NCBI GenBank assembly: GCA_034780895.1
Contig: JAUZTB010000074.1
Location: forward strand, 18,778,876 to 18,842,875
Length of the DNA stretch: 64,000 nucleotides
Direction: 5' to 3'
Origin: Rhynchobatus australiae
Taxonomy: Eukaryota
Shown: in pieces, positions 62,065 to 64,000 of the stretch
Numbering within the stretch: the stretch's first letter is position 1
How the letters are laid out: every line of letters starts with the position of its first letter
Position numbers and translations under genes: made by a program
Notes under the pieces: model-generated
What the model was told of the DNA's origin: nothing
Database searches by the model: none
Seen by the model: only the letters and a program-made list of their open reading frames with translations

Positions 62065-64000
62065 TATTAGGAGGTTGCAGTTCAGACTGGTCCCTGTCTG
62101 GCAGGTAATTCAGTAACTGACTGATGCTCCCTTGAAGGTTTTACAGTCTCCACTGGTCATGCATACACATTTGTCACAAGCTGCAGATAAGTCAAAACTG
62201 TCAGGCTTACTGAAGGAATGCATCTCTCCTTCAGGATGCCTCCACAAAGTGCGTCTAAAGAGGGGAGAAGGGCCACATATGTCTTTCTGTGGTGTTTTTG
62301 CTGCAATCTTGCTGGAGTACTCCTCCCAAAGCCAATTCCTGAGGTTTATCACAGTGTTTCACCCCTGCTTTGGATTGCAAAATGTAAGTTTGATCTGGTA
62401 AATAGTTAAAATGTTTGAAAGTGCAAGAGATAGAAACGATGAGGGAGGAGGTCTCTATAACACCTTCACCCTCCATTAGCCACATACACAGACATGCTGA
62501 CTATTTAATCAATGGGTCTGACCAGGAAACGATTCCTGTTGGACCCTGGAACAGAACGGATGGATGATGGAGAAATGGACAAGGAAGCCAAGCCTAACAT
62601 CCTTCACCGGAGTCTGCAAGCAATGGCAACGAACGAGGCCAACAGTATTCCAAGCAACAGAGGAGGGAAACTGAGATCTGGCCAAAGGTTGCAGAAAATC
62701 CACTTTAACGAGATTCATATGACATTGCTTTAATATTCACCTGTATTTTAGCAGAGATGAAACCTGTGTACTTTAAACAGAAGTTAATATTTGTGTTAAT
62801 CCCACAGTTGGAGGCATGTCACATAAACCTGCTAAGCCTTTGCTATCTAGTATCATGAACAAGATTTGGTTTATATGTTTTTAGTTATATAAGAGATCTT
62901 ACAAATGAGTGATTGTAACATAAAAGCTGCAAGTCCCTCTATTCTGCAGCTGTGCTGGATCTCCTGTTCTATTGAAATAAATTTCCAGGACCATAAACCT
63001 TATACAGGAAATCATTAGTGTATCACCCAGAGCAAGTGCTATGTGGTTCAGAATTGATTACTTTTTTGGCTCGACTTTTTTGTCGGCCTGAGTAGATTAT
63101 AATTCATGGCTGTCGACCATCAAGCTTGCACGTCATAACGTTAATGTGAATCAGCCTTCAAACAAAGTTCTGGGACTTCGTTTGGAAGGCTGTGTGAAGT
63201 CCAATCCACTCTGTAACTTTATAACCTTTGGCAAAGATGTTTTCTTTTCTGAAACGGCTAATCGACATTGAATAATTTAACCCATATTGTAGTCATCTTC
63301 TTTTGTTTAATATAGTACAGATGTTTGCATCTATGCATGAAAGAAGTGATTAATAACCAAGATTTAATTGTCATTTCTTTTTTTAAGTTTGACTTTTATT
63401 TTGGCATCTTTTCCCAGTTAACTGTAGTCCCAATTACTGTAAACCCACTGGCGGTCTGCTCTGGGGAGGCTAAGTGCAGTCAAGAGTAACAAGATGAATG
63501 AGGGGAAATTATCATTGTAACCTCTTAACACGTTAGTATTTTTAATATAATTTTTCATGTGATTGGGCTTCATCATTTTCAGGCAGGTGGGGAGATAAAA
63601 GTATGCATGTTGGTATATGGTGAACAAACTTACAACATCCTGATGTAACAGTGCTATAGTAGTTAAATAAAAGTGAATAGAAATCAAAAGTTTCCAATAC
63701 AGGTTTATGATGTTGGAAACAAGTTTTAAATGCCAATCGTAAAACCAGCAATTAAACATATTCTTTGGGGGAACCGGCTGTGCCATGTTGTACAAATCAG
63801 TCAGAGTTGGCTGTGGTTGTAATCCAGTGCACCACTTGTCTGTCTAAACTGACAAAATCACATCCCAGACACAGGGGAGGAAAATATGCAACCTAAATAG
63901 ATGAGCCATTCAGCCCACTTAATCTTGCTTGTCGAGCACACCAACCTTCCAATTAATGTATTTGTCATTCGTCTTCCTGCTGATTGTGCGATGCAATTGG

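Noticed and set aside
62512-62733. 73 aa ATG-initiated ORF (MGLTRKRFLLDPG...)
   Set aside because: No recognisable domain or splice context; lies in probably repeat-derived sequence

Overview
AT-rich, CpG-depleted vertebrate genomic DNA from a gappy short-read scaffold. The repeat content (HE1/V-type SINEs, Deu-domain SINEs, CR1/HER1 LINEs, Rex/Babar, Penelope-type termini) points to a cartilaginous fish, most likely a batoid (inference from recalled consensus sequences). I see no intact host protein-coding gene, tRNA, rRNA or CRISPR array, so the window looks like a gene desert or large intron. Most ORF-track entries are noise, gap-spanning, or decayed transposon ORFs. Main points: (1) About ten copies of a short Penelope-like terminal repeat carry a decayed minimal type-I hammerhead ribozyme (CUGAUGA-A-stemII-GAAAC-GUH). 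They occur as a tandem pair and as head-to-head hairpin insertions, two with target-site duplications (TSDs). (2) A repeat-free ~9 kb block (about 19.4-28.2 kb) is rich in PBX/HOX/MEIS/TCF motifs and resembles a conserved-noncoding-element cluster. (3) A three-level nested LINE>CR1>Penelope insertion, with TSDs on the two inner layers. (4) A young CpG-rich 252 bp Gypsy-type solo LTR with a CTAT TSD. (5) An ancient, internally deleted Gypsy provirus with both LTR remnants. (6) Three to four PIF/Harbinger transposase fossils. Family names come from motif recognition by eye, not database searches, and many boundaries are approximate.
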